In this document: positions 38,371 to 48,504 of the stretch, piece by piece
Numbering within the stretch: the first letter of the stretch is position 1
How the letters are laid out: every line of letters begins with the position of its first letter
Source of the DNA: Minisyncoccota bacterium
Lineage (GTDB): Bacteria > Patescibacteriota > Microgenomatia > UBA1400 > PJMF01
Length of the DNA: 64,000 bases
Direction: 5' to 3'
NCBI GenBank assembly: GCA_009991965.1
Contig: JAACWQ010000002.1
Span: forward strand, 81,617-145,616
Position numbers and translations under genes: made by a program
Notes under the pieces: model-generated
Told to the model about the DNA's origin: nothing
Databases searched by the model: none
Seen by the model: only the letters and a program-made list of their open reading frames with translations

Positions 38371-40240
38371 TTGGATCATGATAATTGATGGTGAAGGTGT
38401 GATTTTCATTATAGACGGTCGAGAGCTCGAGGGCGGTGATGCGTGGATCAAGTTGTTCAAGCGCAGACATGATTGGTCCGACAGCCGTCTTTTTTGGCAG
38501 CTTAAAGGTAAGATCTTCTCGAATAATCGCCGTTTTTGCTTGCGGCTGATAGGTCGGATGTGATTGCGCATGGGCTACCAACGCACTTATTTTGATCTGG
38601 ATTATGGTAAGGCCATTGCTGTATGAAATACTCCCTGCCACTTCTTGTGTTTTCCCAAAGCATATTGTTGCCTCGCTACTACCAGCCTCGGTCTCAATGG
38701 AAAAGTTCGTAATGTGTAGTTTGGTACACAGTGATTCGAGTATGCCTCGAACGTCACGGTACTGAGCAGACGAAACGATGCCAAGGGTGAGTACTTCGTT
38801 TGGCAATTCATTTGTAATTGGATGGTAGATATTGGCAATCTCAAAGACGCTGAGTGTTTGGCGCATTGGGTTAGCTGTGAGCACCGCAGACAAAGACGGC
38901 GCAAGTGAGCGGCGTAAATACACTTTATCGTCAGTCAGCGGATTCGAGAGCTTGAGGTGTTCTTCGAGTGTGAAACCTGTAGCAAGTGCTTCGGCTTCGC
39001 TTACCATCGAGTAGGTGTAGACTTCTTGCCAGCCAACAGTGGCCAAAAATTCTTTGACCGTTTCTTCGAGCGTGAAGTTAGTGCCACTTGGGCGGTTGGT
39101 CGGGATTGCCGACTCCATCAGCTTACTTGGCAGTTTGTGATAGCCATACAGTCGCGCAACTTCTTCCACAATATCTGCGGGAATGGTGAGGTCAGGGCGG
39201 AAACTTGGTGGGGTGACGACAAGAGAGTCGTCGATGATGGTGACTTCGCATTCGAGGCGCTCGAGCATTTGCTTCGCTTCTTCGAGCGGAATTACCACTC
39301 CGAGATAGCGGAACAAATCTTCACTAGTGAGTGTCACGGCCACATGCGTATTGGGACGAGGAAAGTGGTCATATACCGCACTTGCGACTTTTGCCCCACA
39401 AATTTCTCGATAGAGTTTGACGCCCAGACGAATCACGTCAATTGCAAGGGTTGGGTCTGCATTTTTCTCCATCAACTGCGCCGCTGTTGTGCGGATCGCG
39501 TGTGTCATGCTCGCAAATCGAACTTTTTTGGCATCGATTGATTCAGCAAGGAGCAAGATTCGTTTGGTATTCGCGTTCACCGATGAGTTAGCCGTGCCTT
39601 TGATAGAAGGCAAATCGATAATTGTTCCCGTACCATCTTTAAAAATCACTTCCCCACCGATAGCCGTGTATGTTGCACCATCGAGCAAGGTGAATGACTC
39701 TCCAGCTTCGGCTTCAGTAATAATAATCTGATTACCGCACGCAACCAGTTTATCGTAATCAAAGGCATGACAAGGATGACCGAGTTCGTGCGTAATGTAG
39801 TTGGTGATATCAATCGCAGCGTCGTGAATCTGCATATCCAGGGCAGTGAGTCGTTTTGCCATCCAATCGGGGGTTGGTGCGCGATCGACGTTCGACAAGA
39901 CCACACAGAGCGTGCGTTTGTTGAGTTCGTCGTTCTCTGTAATAGTAGGCAGTACAAGCTCTTCGCTGGGGTTGGGCACATCTGGAGCAGTGAGTGGCTT
40001 TAGTTTCGCGTCAACACCGAATTGTGGCAAAATGGCCGCGGCTTCGCGGGCAATGCCGCGGACTGACATGGCATCAGCACGATTGGTGGTAACCTCAATG
40101 TCGTAGACAGAGTCCCCTTCTCGCTCGTACATGCGCTCGACCGACGGACCACAGAGCGAGAGATACTCTTGGAGTTTTTTTGGCTCAATATCTGCCTCAA
40201 GATGTTCGAGTAACCAGGTGTGTGGGATGAGAATATTCAT
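38270..40240 (-). CDS. pheT: phenylalanyl-tRNA synthetase beta subunit
   Basis: B3/4 and B5 domain organisation downstream of pheS. Start chosen at MNILIP immediately after the pheS stop. Confidence 0.85.
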   Translation of the reverse strand: MNILIPHTWLLEHLEADIEPKKLQEYLSLCGPSVERMYEREGDSVYDIEVTTNRADAMSVRGIAREAAAILPQFGVDAKLKPLTAPDVPNPSEELVLPTITENDELNKRTLCVVLSNVDRAPTPDWMAKRLTALDMQIHDAAIDITNYITHELGHPCHAFDYDKLVACGNQIIITEAEAGESFTLLDGATYTAIGGEVIFKDGTGTIIDLPSIKGTANSSVNANTKRILLLAESIDAKKVRFASMTHAIRTTAAQLMEKNADPTLAIDVIRLGVKLYREICGAKVASAVYDHFPRPNTHVAVTLTSEDLFRYLGVVIPLEEAKQMLERLECEVTIIDDSLVVTPPSFRPDLTIPADIVEEVARLYGYHKLPSKLMESAIPTNRPSGTNFTLEETVKEFLATVGWQEVYTYSMVSEAEALATGFTLEEHLKLSNPLTDDKVYLRRSLAPSLSAVLTANPMRQTLSVFEIANIYHPITNELPNEVLTLGIVSSAQYRDVRGILESLCTKLHITNFSIETEAGSSEATICFGKTQEVAGSISYSNGLTIIQIKISALVAHAQSHPTYQPQAKTAIIREDLTFKLPKKTAVGPIMSALEQLDPRITALELSTVYNENHTFTINYHDPNENLTSEQIAPLRKQLVAKVEQNWGGSLVGQLT

Positions 40241-40241
40241 A

Positions 40242-41258
40242 TTAAAACTGCTCCAAAAATTGTAAATCGCCACTGTAGAGCAAACGAATGTCGTCGATTG
40301 CGAGGCCCTCTTTGAGCGTATATGTCCGCTCAATCCCCCAGCCAAAGGCGAAACCAGTGTAGACATCGGGATCGATGCCACCAGCCCGGAGGACATTTGG
40401 GTGGACCATGCCACAGCCACCGACTTCGTGCCAACCTGACTTGCAGAACTTGCAGCCGGTGCCACCACAGAGATGGCAACTGAAGTCTACTTCAAATGAC
40501 GGTTCGGTAAATTGAAAGTGAAAGGGTCGAATACGACTCTTGGTACCAGGTCCGTAGAATTGTTCGGCAAAATAATCCAGTGTGCCCTTGAGGTGCTGGA
40601 TAGTAATGCCCTTGTCTACAACCAGGCCTTCGAATTGATGAAACATTTGGGTGTGCGTCACATCTTGTTGGCGACGATAGCAACGCGCGATGTTGATCAT
40701 CCGGATTGGTGGTTTGCCTAAGCGCTCCATTTCTCGCACTTGTCCGTTTGAAGTATGCGTTGTGAGGACCATCTGTCCCATTTTTTCATCTGGAGCATGA
40801 GCAACAAAAAAGGTTTCCCATTCGTCTCGCGCGGGATGATCTGGTGGCATGTTGAGACTCTCAAACACGTACCAGTCCCAGTCTATTTCTGGATAGCGAG
40901 CGCGAGTGAAACCAATTGAGGTGAAAATCTTGGTGATCTCTGCCATTGCTTGAGAAATGGGATGGACGTGACCAACAGCGGGACGTCGTCCTGGCAGACT
41001 TAAATCTACCCATGCTTTTACACTTGGATTATTGGCTGCGGCCACAGCTGTGGCGAGTGCATTTTTGAGGTTGTTGAGTGGTTGACCAGCCACCTTGCGA
41101 TCACCGGGGTCTATCTCTGTAATTTGTTTTGCCAACAGCGTAAAAGCACCGTTTACGCCCAAGTATTTTTGTTGCAGTTCGTTGGCCGACAACCCAGTCT
41201 CAGCCCGCAGCGTACGCTGCATAAGCTCAATTTGCTGGATGTATGTTGTGCCGGTCAC
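40242..41258 (-). CDS. pheS: phenylalanyl-tRNA synthetase alpha subunit
   Basis: Class II aaRS motifs (PDHPARDEWETFF, FRMINIARCYRRQ, GFAFGWGIER). Confidence 0.9.
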   Translation of the reverse strand: MTGTTYIQQIELMQRTLRAETGLSANELQQKYLGVNGAFTLLAKQITEIDPGDRKVAGQPLNNLKNALATAVAAANNPSVKAWVDLSLPGRRPAVGHVHPISQAMAEITKIFTSIGFTRARYPEIDWDWYVFESLNMPPDHPARDEWETFFVAHAPDEKMGQMVLTTHTSNGQVREMERLGKPPIRMINIARCYRRQQDVTHTQMFHQFEGLVVDKGITIQHLKGTLDYFAEQFYGPGTKSRIRPFHFQFTEPSFEVDFSCHLCGGTGCKFCKSGWHEVGGCGMVHPNVLRAGGIDPDVYTGFAFGWGIERTYTLKEGLAIDDIRLLYSGDLQFLEQF

Positions 41259-41267
41259 AAGTCTATT

Positions 41268-41624
41268 CTACTTGTCCTGCACAGTTTTTACTACCTCGCT
41301 AAAGCTGGTAAAGTCTCGGATAGCTAGTTCTGAGAGCATTTTGCGATTGATCTGTACATTTGCCTTTTTCATCGCACTAATAAACCAGGAGTACTTGAGT
41401 GATGTATCAAACTCTTGGAGTGCTGCGTTGATGCGGATAATCCAAAGTTTGCGTTGATCTCGTTTGCGCAGCTTACGACCGATGAAAGCATATTGACCTG
41501 CATGCAGCAGTGCTTCTTTGGCACGTTTGTACAAACGATTATTTGTGCCACGGAAACCCTTGGTTAGCGAGAGTACTTTTTTATGTCTGTGTCGGCGAAC
41601 TACGCCGGTTTTTACTCTTGGCAT
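41268..41624 (-). CDS. rplT: 50S ribosomal protein L20
   Basis: MPRVKTGVVRRHRHKKVL is the L20 N-terminus. Confidence 0.9.
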   Translation of the reverse strand: MPRVKTGVVRRHRHKKVLSLTKGFRGTNNRLYKRAKEALLHAGQYAFIGRKLRKRDQRKLWIIRINAALQEFDTSLKYSWFISAMKKANVQINRKMLSELAIRDFTSFSEVVKTVQDK

Positions 41625-41636
41625 ATGAACTTTCTT

Positions 41637-41843
41637 TTAGGCGAGGCCGAGCATCTGCTTAATCTTGCGTGCCCATTTGCCTTGTACTTGTTGTGGAATA
41701 CGGTATTTTCGAATTGCTCGTTTGCTCTTATTTCTGCGAATATGGCGCATGTTTTGAGTACGACGCATCACTTTGCCGGTTGCAGTTATTTTGAACCGCT
41801 TGGCAACGCCAGATCGAGTCTTGTGTTTATTGAGTGCTTTCAT
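41637..41843 (-). CDS. rpmI: 50S ribosomal protein L35
   Basis: 68-aa basic protein KTRSGVAKRFK...TG sits between infC and rplT, the canonical operon position. Confidence 0.85.
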   Translation of the reverse strand: MKALNKHKTRSGVAKRFKITATGKVMRRTQNMRHIRRNKSKRAIRKYRIPQQVQGKWARKIKQMLGLA

Positions 41844-41844
41844 G

Positions 41845-42390
41845 TTATTTTTTGTTTGGCTGTAGTTGTGCGATGAGTTTTTTGCCCATCAATTTTGGGG
41901 CGAGTTCTACATTGGCAATTGTTGCTGTCTCGTTTACTACTCGCTCTAATACATTATAACCAAATTCTTTCTTTGTTATTGCTCTGCCCTTAAACTGTAA
42001 GCTGAGTCGTACTTTATCACCTTTTTCGAGGAATTTGCGAACTTTGTTCAGTTTTGCCAGGAAGTCGCCTTCACTGACAAACGGAGAAAATCGCACTTCC
42101 TTCAAATCCTGTGTCTTTGCACTCTTTCTACCGGCCGCTGCTTTCTGCTGCTGCTGGTACTTGAACTTACTTAGTTCAATGATTTTGACAATAGGTGGTT
42201 CTACCTGTCCGTTGACTAAGACGACGTCTTTATCAACTGCGCGAGCCTTCTCTATTGCCTCTGCCAAAGAGATAACGCCGGTGGCGCCACCTTCTTCTCC
42301 AATCAATCGCACTTCTCGAGCGCGGATGCGCTCATTTGCGACGACGCGAACCCCACGCTCTTGCCGTCTAAATGTTCCTTTGTTAATCAC
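41845..42390 (-). CDS. infC: translation initiation factor IF-3
   Basis: IRAREVRLIGEEG N-domain and C-domain present. Canonical infC-rpmI-rplT order. Start codon is uncertain because IF-3 often uses non-ATG starts. Confidence 0.85.
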   Translation of the reverse strand: MINKGTFRRQERGVRVVANERIRAREVRLIGEEGGATGVISLAEAIEKARAVDKDVVLVNGQVEPPIVKIIELSKFKYQQQQKAAAGRKSAKTQDLKEVRFSPFVSEGDFLAKLNKVRKFLEKGDKVRLSLQFKGRAITKKEFGYNVLERVVNETATIANVELAPKLMGKKLIAQLQPNKK

Positions 42391-42483
42391 GAATTAATTG
42401 GTTTCCTTTGTATCGGTGGTATTGTACACGACTTATTCCGAAAGACAACTCGAGAGAATGAATGGTATAATTCACCTCGTTGC

Positions 42484-42557
42484 GAACTCGTAGCTCAGTT
42501 GGTTAGAGCGCCACATTGACATTGTGGAGGCCAGAGGTTCGAGTCCTCTCGAGTTCA
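42484..42557 (+). tRNA. tRNA-Val (anticodon GAC)
   Basis: Manually folded cloverleaf: acceptor GAACTCG/CGAGTTC, D arm GCTC/GAGC, anticodon stem CCACA/TGTGG with loop TTGACAT, T arm AGAGG-TTCGAGT-CCTCT, discriminator A. No CCA encoded. Confidence 0.8.
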
Positions 42558-42576
42558 CTTTTAGGAAGAAATACAT

Positions 42577-42972
42577 ATGAGTAAAGAACAGCTGAGTAAC
42601 CAGGAACGCTATGGTGATGGAAAACAACTTGCTGATGACATGGCTGCAGAGTTAGAAATATGGTATCAAAGTTCTTCAGTAAAATTTACAATTGCCGGAG
42701 CCTATGATGCTGAAAGTATGCCCAGCATGGACCTGGGCTTGACTGCTCGGCTTTTGCAATCTTTTCAAAAAAGATCGGCGCCTGTATTCAAAGGTAGCTA
42801 TGTTTTCACGATCACAGCGGGAGGAGCAGCGCTTGCACAGCAAATTTTTACTAGCACCGTTGGATTTGGAGAAACAGTTGGTTTAACTCCAGCAACCAAG
42901 AAATTTGAACCGACTACTAGTGACGGTGTCACGCAGGTAAAAGTTGTATTCAGCAGGCAGATTCAAGGTTAA
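42577..42972 (+). CDS. hypothetical protein
   Basis: 131 aa. AGGAAG RBS 8 nt upstream of the ATG. Confidence 0.5.
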   Translation: MSKEQLSNQERYGDGKQLADDMAAELEIWYQSSSVKFTIAGAYDAESMPSMDLGLTARLLQSFQKRSAPVFKGSYVFTITAGGAALAQQIFTSTVGFGETVGLTPATKKFEPTTSDGVTQVKVVFSRQIQG

Positions 42973-42993
42973 AAGTGCTCTGTTGGGGAAGAG

Positions 42994-43662
42994 TTAACTT
43001 CCGCCGTAACTATTTGATCGCTCGTGGTGCATTTGGTCTTGTACAGTCGTGGTTTGTTCGTGGCTACTTCCCTCTATTACCATACCGCCAGTTTTGCGAT
43101 TTTTCTTTTTTGATTTTTGGTTAAACGCACTCGACCAGGTGTGTGCACTTTTGATTTTCTGTCGCAGCAACATGATGAAGGTTCGTAGCTGTTGGAAGAA
43201 TGCCAAGAAATATTTGCCTTGCTGTCCGGGGTCAACGACCTCAGTCATGAGCGTGATTTCAACTTCTTTTTCAAATTTAGCCACATCACCCACCAGGAGA
43301 CGGAGTTCTTTGCGGAGCTCGTCAATTTCTCGTGCTACTTGTTTTTCTCGGGCACTAAACACATCGCGCGCATCAACTGGGTTGATTTGGTCATGTAATT
43401 TTTTGCGCAAAGCTTCGCGTTTTTGTTGTTCGATAAGTTCTGCTTGCTGCTGTTGGAGAAAATCAGGTGAATTTTGGTTGCCAAAGTCGGGAAATTGTCC
43501 GCCGGTACGGGCAAAAGCCTCACTCAAATCTTGAGACTGGTTACCTTGATTGTTGGAATCGTTAAAGGAGGATTTTTCGGTTTCTGCCAGCGCACGCGCA
43601 AATGGATTGTTGTGCAATGCTGCCGCTTGGGAAGCTGGTTTTTTAGTTGCTATACTTTGCAT
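42994..43662 (-). CDS. hypothetical coiled-coil protein (Gln-rich N-terminus)
   Basis: 222 aa. Central coiled coil and basic C-terminus. Confidence 0.4.
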   Translation of the reverse strand: MQSIATKKPASQAAALHNNPFARALAETEKSSFNDSNNQGNQSQDLSEAFARTGGQFPDFGNQNSPDFLQQQQAELIEQQKREALRKKLHDQINPVDARDVFSAREKQVAREIDELRKELRLLVGDVAKFEKEVEITLMTEVVDPGQQGKYFLAFFQQLRTFIMLLRQKIKSAHTWSSAFNQKSKKKNRKTGGMVIEGSSHEQTTTVQDQMHHERSNSYGGS

Positions 43663-43760
43663 TTCTTTGATAGCCTTTGCTATCGATAAGTTTGCAGATT
43701 ATAGGCTTTTGAAAGACGAGTGTCAATCAATGCGAACGCTTAGGAAAAGTGTACCATTTT

Positions 43761-44618
43761 TTAGAGACTCAGGAGTAGTTTGTGCACGGCTTGGGTAAAG
43801 AGCGTTTGGTGTAAGCTCGCGCGATAATCTGGGTTTTTGCGTTCTTTTTTACCAAAATCTGCATCGGGTAGTGCGTCGATATGCGCATCAATTGCTTTGT
43901 CGTCTACCGAAATTTTCTCACTCTTTGCGATTGCATCGGTGACAAAAATGGTTTGCAATCTGGTAAGAGCGCGCACGGTAACTTGTTGGGAAAATGCTTC
44001 TTCGGTTAGGTTGTTGCGTTTGATGTAGTCTGCGAGTGTAATATTGAGGTTTTTGAGCTGCTCGCGCATGTGTTCCATGTCGTGCTCTATTTCTCGCTTG
44101 ACTAGGAGTTCTGGGACTTGTGGTCGATATTTCTCTGCCAGTTTACCGTATATAAATTGTAGATTAATGGAGTCGAGCTCCTGCTCTTTTGGCTTGGTTT
44201 TTTCTTTGGCGATGGCCGCAGCTGCTTCTTTTTTGGCTTCTTTGACGACTTTTTTATAGTCTTTTAGAGCTAATTCTGGTTTTTCGGCGATGCTTGCACT
44301 GATGACCCAGTCCTTGTTTTTACCCGAGGAAACAAGGCTAAAATCTGGAGTGGTCAGTGGCTTTTTGTCGAGCTTAGTCACTTCTTGTGTGTAGCGCTCT
44401 GGGAGGAGTTTTTGGAGTGTCTGCTCTACCACCATCTGGGGATCAAGCTGTTCTTCTGCGACATTGGCGGGGACGGCGCCTTTGCGAAAGCCCGGGACTG
44501 AGAGTCGTTTGGCGAGACGCGCAAGGACTTTTTTGTACTCTGCGCTGACTTCTGTCCAGGCGAAAGTAATCTCAAACGTGGTGTTTGGGATGATGAGAGG
44601 TGCTTCTGTTTTTGCCAT
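43761..44618 (-). CDS. tig: trigger factor (short form)
   Basis: Ribosome-binding signature GFRKGAVP in the N-domain. Only about 285 aa. Confidence 0.7.
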   Translation of the reverse strand: MAKTEAPLIIPNTTFEITFAWTEVSAEYKKVLARLAKRLSVPGFRKGAVPANVAEEQLDPQMVVEQTLQKLLPERYTQEVTKLDKKPLTTPDFSLVSSGKNKDWVISASIAEKPELALKDYKKVVKEAKKEAAAAIAKEKTKPKEQELDSINLQFIYGKLAEKYRPQVPELLVKREIEHDMEHMREQLKNLNITLADYIKRNNLTEEAFSQQVTVRALTRLQTIFVTDAIAKSEKISVDDKAIDAHIDALPDADFGKKERKNPDYRASLHQTLFTQAVHKLLLSL

Positions 44619-44653
44619 GGCGAGCATTATAACCCATGCTATAGTATTCGCTT

Positions 44654-45475
44654 ATGCAAGAAACAGCGGTTCTACTCCATGTAATTTGTGATTATGTTGC
44701 TGGTGGGATGGAGTTTGGCGAGATCGTCAATCGCCTCCAGTATCACCTGGTAGCCCCACACGAAGTGCGCATCCACCCGACTGAGGTGCCGTCGCTCGAT
44801 ACGATGGCAGTGGGTTTTGTGACCGCCCAGTATGCCTATGCGCCACACAAAGGCAAAATGTGTATGTATGGCAATGCCGCTCCTCGTCGAGATAGTAGCA
44901 AGGCGATGAAGAGTAATATTGATCATGGCATCAAGTACGCAAAGTTGAAAAATGGTGTAGAGATAATTAACGTTTGGTCTGAGTATGCCTTTGGCTTTGT
45001 TAAACAAGATATTGTTGAGTTCCGAGATATTGACTGTCCGGCCAGTGGCAGCCAGTTTCGCTCGCGAGATTTTTTCCCCGAGCGCGTGGCACAGATCGTC
45101 AATGGGGACCTCAGCAGTTTGGGCAAAGCGTTGCCAATTGCTGAAATTCCTGATATCCCAAACAATCTGATCGCCTGGACCGATGGGTTTGGCAATGTCA
45201 AAACCACCATGCGCAAGTCTGATCTCAAAAAAATGGGTCTAAAGCCTGGTCAAAGCGTGCAAGTCATTCTCAACGGGGTAAGTATGCTCGGCGTGATTGC
45301 TGAGGGCGGCTTCACGGTTGATCGTGGTGTCTTGGCGGTCAATGCAGGTTCGAGTGGCTACGACAATCCTTTTGTAGAACTTTTCCTTCGCGTCCACCGC
45401 ATGAGTGAAAAAACCGCTGCCGTACGCTTTGACTACCCTGAGGGTGGAACCGAGTTTGAGCTCAAGCCACTATAG
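44654..45475 (+). CDS. SAM hydroxide adenosyltransferase family protein (DUF62-like)
   Basis: SQFRSRDFFPERVAQIVNG resembles S.F.GRD.F.P. TDGFGNV resembles D.FGN. The C-terminal beta-barrel region (GSSGYDNPFVELFL) is DUF62-like. N-terminus is divergent. Confidence 0.45.
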   Translation: MQETAVLLHVICDYVAGGMEFGEIVNRLQYHLVAPHEVRIHPTEVPSLDTMAVGFVTAQYAYAPHKGKMCMYGNAAPRRDSSKAMKSNIDHGIKYAKLKNGVEIINVWSEYAFGFVKQDIVEFRDIDCPASGSQFRSRDFFPERVAQIVNGDLSSLGKALPIAEIPDIPNNLIAWTDGFGNVKTTMRKSDLKKMGLKPGQSVQVILNGVSMLGVIAEGGFTVDRGVLAVNAGSSGYDNPFVELFLRVHRMSEKTAAVRFDYPEGGTEFELKPL

Positions 45476-45496
45476 GCTATAATTAACTTTCGATGC

Positions 45497-45571
45497 GGCG
45501 CGGTACCAGAGTGGTCTAATGGCGAGGACTGCAAATCCTTCGATTCGCGAGTTCAAATCTCGCCCGCGCCT
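45497..45571 (+). tRNA. tRNA-Cys (anticodon GCA)
   Basis: Manually folded: acceptor GGCGCGG/CCGCGCC, anticodon stem GAGGA/TCCTT with loop CTGCAAA, T arm GCGAG-TTCAAAT-CTCGC, discriminator U as expected for tRNA-Cys. Confidence 0.75.
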
Positions 45572-45605
45572 CAGCACAACCGACATTGTACAATGAGGGG
45601 CGAAT

Positions 45606-47849
45606 ATGAACCTTTCGTATCTTTTTTTCCTTTTTCCTCTCGGTCTTCTTTTTGCTGCTGTGTACGGAATGTTTGTCGCAGTTCAGTTTGTACGAAGGAG
45701 ATTTGGTTGGTTGCCCGAGCCAACCGTACAAGCGGGCGAAATTGTAAAAGAGCAAAATCCATTTATCTTGCCTGGATCGTTCGGATTGGCGGTGTTGTTT
45801 TTACTCGCAGGCTATAACATTGGGCTTTACGATGCCTTCCCTGCTCAGAAGTTACCAGCTGTTGGTCTAGCCATTTTTCAATTTTTCGTAGGCATCACGT
45901 GGTTGGTGCTTTTTTCGAAGCGAAAGATTTCACTTGCAGTCTGGACCTTGGTGTTCACGTCTGTCTTGAGCGGAGTTCTACTCGTTGTTCGAGCCAACGG
46001 TTTTGTGCAGTCATTTAATGGTGCAATTTGGATAATCAGCACACTTGGATTATTTGCAATTTTTGTGCGCACGCACACGCGTTGGAGTTTCTTGAGTTTG
46101 CTCCAGACTTTGCTCCAAATGATTCCCGCTGGATTTTTGCAGGGTCTACTGATGATCGGCAGTATTTTTCGCTCCAGAGAAAATAAACGCTCTGCTGTGT
46201 TCGGTTGGATAAAAACTGCCGGTATCGCAATTGTGGTGTTTCTCTTTTTTGTGGGCATTCTTTCGCAAAGTGACCCGGTTTTCAACGAAATGGTCAAGGG
46301 GTTCCGAGAGCAACTCTTTGGTCGGACGCTGCAATCTGCAGTACTCTTGATGGTTGCGGCTGCGACACTTTCAATTGTGCTACCGAATCAGTCGGAGGAG
46401 CCATGGCGGCTGCGTTTTCTCTCGTATCGAGACTCTCTTGCAGTACTCGTTACGACGCTCTCAGTCGTTGGTTTGTTTTTGTTTGTGCAGTTTCGCTATC
46501 TCTTCGGTGGCTCCCGTGAGCTATTGGTGACTCTAGACCTCACCTTTAGCGAGTATGTCCGCAAAGGTTTCATCGAGCTGTTGATTGCAACGTTTGCTGG
46601 TGGTGTTTTGGTATATCTCATGACGCTTAAGCAGCGAGTGCTAGAGCATGGGCAATCAGTTGCCGTTAAACTGGCAAGTTCTGCCTTGGTGATTGAGCTT
46701 TTTCTCCTCCTTGGTTCGGCCCTCAAGCGAGATTTGCTCTATGTCGAGACGTATGGTTTGACCAGAGTACGTGTCGTCGGTGGTTTGTTTTTGATCTGGC
46801 TCGCAGGATTATTATTGTCCCTGCTCTTCTTTGTTTTGTGGAAGCGGATGAAAGAGCTTAATTTACTGCGTGCAGTTTGGGGTTTATCGTTATTTGTTTG
46901 GTTGGCACTCAACATCCTTAACGTCGATCGTATTGTGGCGCAAGGCAGTCCAGAACATCACGAATATACCGATTACTACTATATTGCGAATTTGTCCGAA
47001 GACGCTGCTAGTGAGTGGCCCGCAATGATTACTGATATCGACACAAGTGTAAATAGACTACTTGCGAAAGATTCACTGACTGACATAGAACAGGCACAAC
47101 TCGCTGGTCTAAAGCTCTCGCTCGTTGCGGTCATGGAGCGTCGAGAGCGACTGTATATGCATCATGCGAGCGCCGATTGGGTGCTCGAGAATCATGAATC
47201 ACTACACGTAAGTGATATCTATTACTTGGCTGTCCGCACAGAACTTCCAAAGGAGCTGCGGATTGCTCGAGGCTGGAGGTTTTATAATAGCTCCGAAGCC
47301 AATGCGGTACAAATTTTGAGGGAAAATGAGTCGCTCTTCTTTGAAACTGTCGATACTGATTTCAGGCGTATCCAGGTCTATCAAATCAAACACGGCGTTG
47401 ATTTGCGCAAGCACGAGGACCGCTTACTGCATGAGTTTGCTTATCCGTTTATCGATATCAACATGCGTTACTCTTCTCAAGAGTTGAGTGACAGTGCATA
47501 TGCCTATAGCTCAGGACAAATGACCGATGATGAAAAAGGTCTTTTGGCTGCGTTGGAGTTGAGTCAGGCCAACACTGTAGGCACCCTGCAAACGGTACAG
47601 TGTGGCGACGTGATTGCTTTAGAAAAACCAATTGTGGTGTACGGAAAATTTAAAGATATGACATCGCTGCAATCACTAAGCGATGCAAATGAACAGTTGT
47701 CGGTCAACGTGGAGCGCTTAATCCAAATGGATAGGCCAATGCGAATCGTCTTAGTGCCAAGCGTCATAAATATAGGTGATAGTTGTAGGGTGCAGTTTCG
47801 CGTAGAGTCAGCCGAAACATTTAAATCATTACTCAATGGCAGATATTAG
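45606..47849 (+). CDS. large polytopic membrane protein with about 300-aa C-terminal soluble domain, unknown function
   Basis: 747 aa. More than 10 TM helices in the first ~430 aa. 14-nt overlap with the next gene. Confidence 0.55.
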   Translation: MNLSYLFFLFPLGLLFAAVYGMFVAVQFVRRRFGWLPEPTVQAGEIVKEQNPFILPGSFGLAVLFLLAGYNIGLYDAFPAQKLPAVGLAIFQFFVGITWLVLFSKRKISLAVWTLVFTSVLSGVLLVVRANGFVQSFNGAIWIISTLGLFAIFVRTHTRWSFLSLLQTLLQMIPAGFLQGLLMIGSIFRSRENKRSAVFGWIKTAGIAIVVFLFFVGILSQSDPVFNEMVKGFREQLFGRTLQSAVLLMVAAATLSIVLPNQSEEPWRLRFLSYRDSLAVLVTTLSVVGLFLFVQFRYLFGGSRELLVTLDLTFSEYVRKGFIELLIATFAGGVLVYLMTLKQRVLEHGQSVAVKLASSALVIELFLLLGSALKRDLLYVETYGLTRVRVVGGLFLIWLAGLLLSLLFFVLWKRMKELNLLRAVWGLSLFVWLALNILNVDRIVAQGSPEHHEYTDYYYIANLSEDAASEWPAMITDIDTSVNRLLAKDSLTDIEQAQLAGLKLSLVAVMERRERLYMHHASADWVLENHESLHVSDIYYLAVRTELPKELRIARGWRFYNSSEANAVQILRENESLFFETVDTDFRRIQVYQIKHGVDLRKHEDRLLHEFAYPFIDINMRYSSQELSDSAYAYSSGQMTDDEKGLLAALELSQANTVGTLQTVQCGDVIALEKPIVVYGKFKDMTSLQSLSDANEQLSVNVERLIQMDRPMRIVLVPSVINIGDSCRVQFRVESAETFKSLLNGRY

Positions 47850-48504
47850 CTTCTTGTTCTCCTGGCTAAATGTGTTGCAACGCGAAGTACTGCGTCGACG
47901 AATGCTCTTAACAGGATTACTCAAGATTTCAGAGTGGGCAGTGTTTGGTGGTTGGCTCATTTTGTTGGGACTGTATGTCTCAGGTATGTTTACCAGTGTT
48001 TCGCTGCTTTTGGAACTGGGCGAAACATTTGGCACACTGGCATTTGCTTTGTATATTGCAACGCTTATCCCAAGTATGGTCCGCAGGCTCAAAATCCGGG
48101 AATTGTTTCCCATTATGAGTATGTTTTTGCCGTTTCGCCGACAGTTTGGCGTGCTGATGTTTATCACGGCGTTTATTCATCAGAGTTTTACGACCATGCT
48201 GCCAGCCTTGGTTCTGGTAGAGTTTGACTTTGCCAAGTTTCCGTCGCCGCTTATGGCGCGACAAATATTTGGATACATTGCTTGGTGGTTGCTGTTCCCT
48301 CTCTGGCTGACTTCAAATGATTTGGCCATCAAGAAAATGGGCAAATGGTGGAAAATTTTGCACAAACTGACCTATGTTGCGCTGTTTATTATCATGATGC
48401 ATGTCGCGCTCGTAGGTGGCTGGAATTATGTCTTTGCACTCCTGGTTATTGTGATCGGGAATGTGGTGGGGTTGATAAAAAGTTTTTATGGAAAAAAAAG
48501 TTAG
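47836..48504 (+). CDS. ferric-reductase-like transmembrane haem-binding protein (MsrQ/YedZ-like)
   Basis: 222 aa with about 6 TM helices. His pair H-x13-H (HKLTYVALFIIMMH) and a second conserved His (FIHQSF) are typical of bis-haem ferric-reductase domains. Confidence 0.4.
   Translation: MADISFLFSWLNVLQREVLRRRMLLTGLLKISEWAVFGGWLILLGLYVSGMFTSVSLLLELGETFGTLAFALYIATLIPSMVRRLKIRELFPIMSMFLPFRRQFGVLMFITAFIHQSFTTMLPALVLVEFDFAKFPSPLMARQIFGYIAWWLLFPLWLTSNDLAIKKMGKWWKILHKLTYVALFIIMMHVALVGGWNYVFALLVIVIGNVVGLIKSFYGKKS

Noticed and set aside
37105-38571. Full-length 488-aa version of the Wzy-like ORF
   Set aside because: The first ~100 codons would overlap the pheT coding region and are hydrophilic and low-complexity. 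An internal Met near 38370 was preferred as the start. The start remains uncertain.
38957-39541. 194-aa plus-strand ORF inside pheT
   Set aside because: It is antisense to a conserved phenylalanyl-tRNA synthetase beta-subunit gene, and its Cys/His/Arg-rich translation is typical of shadow frames.
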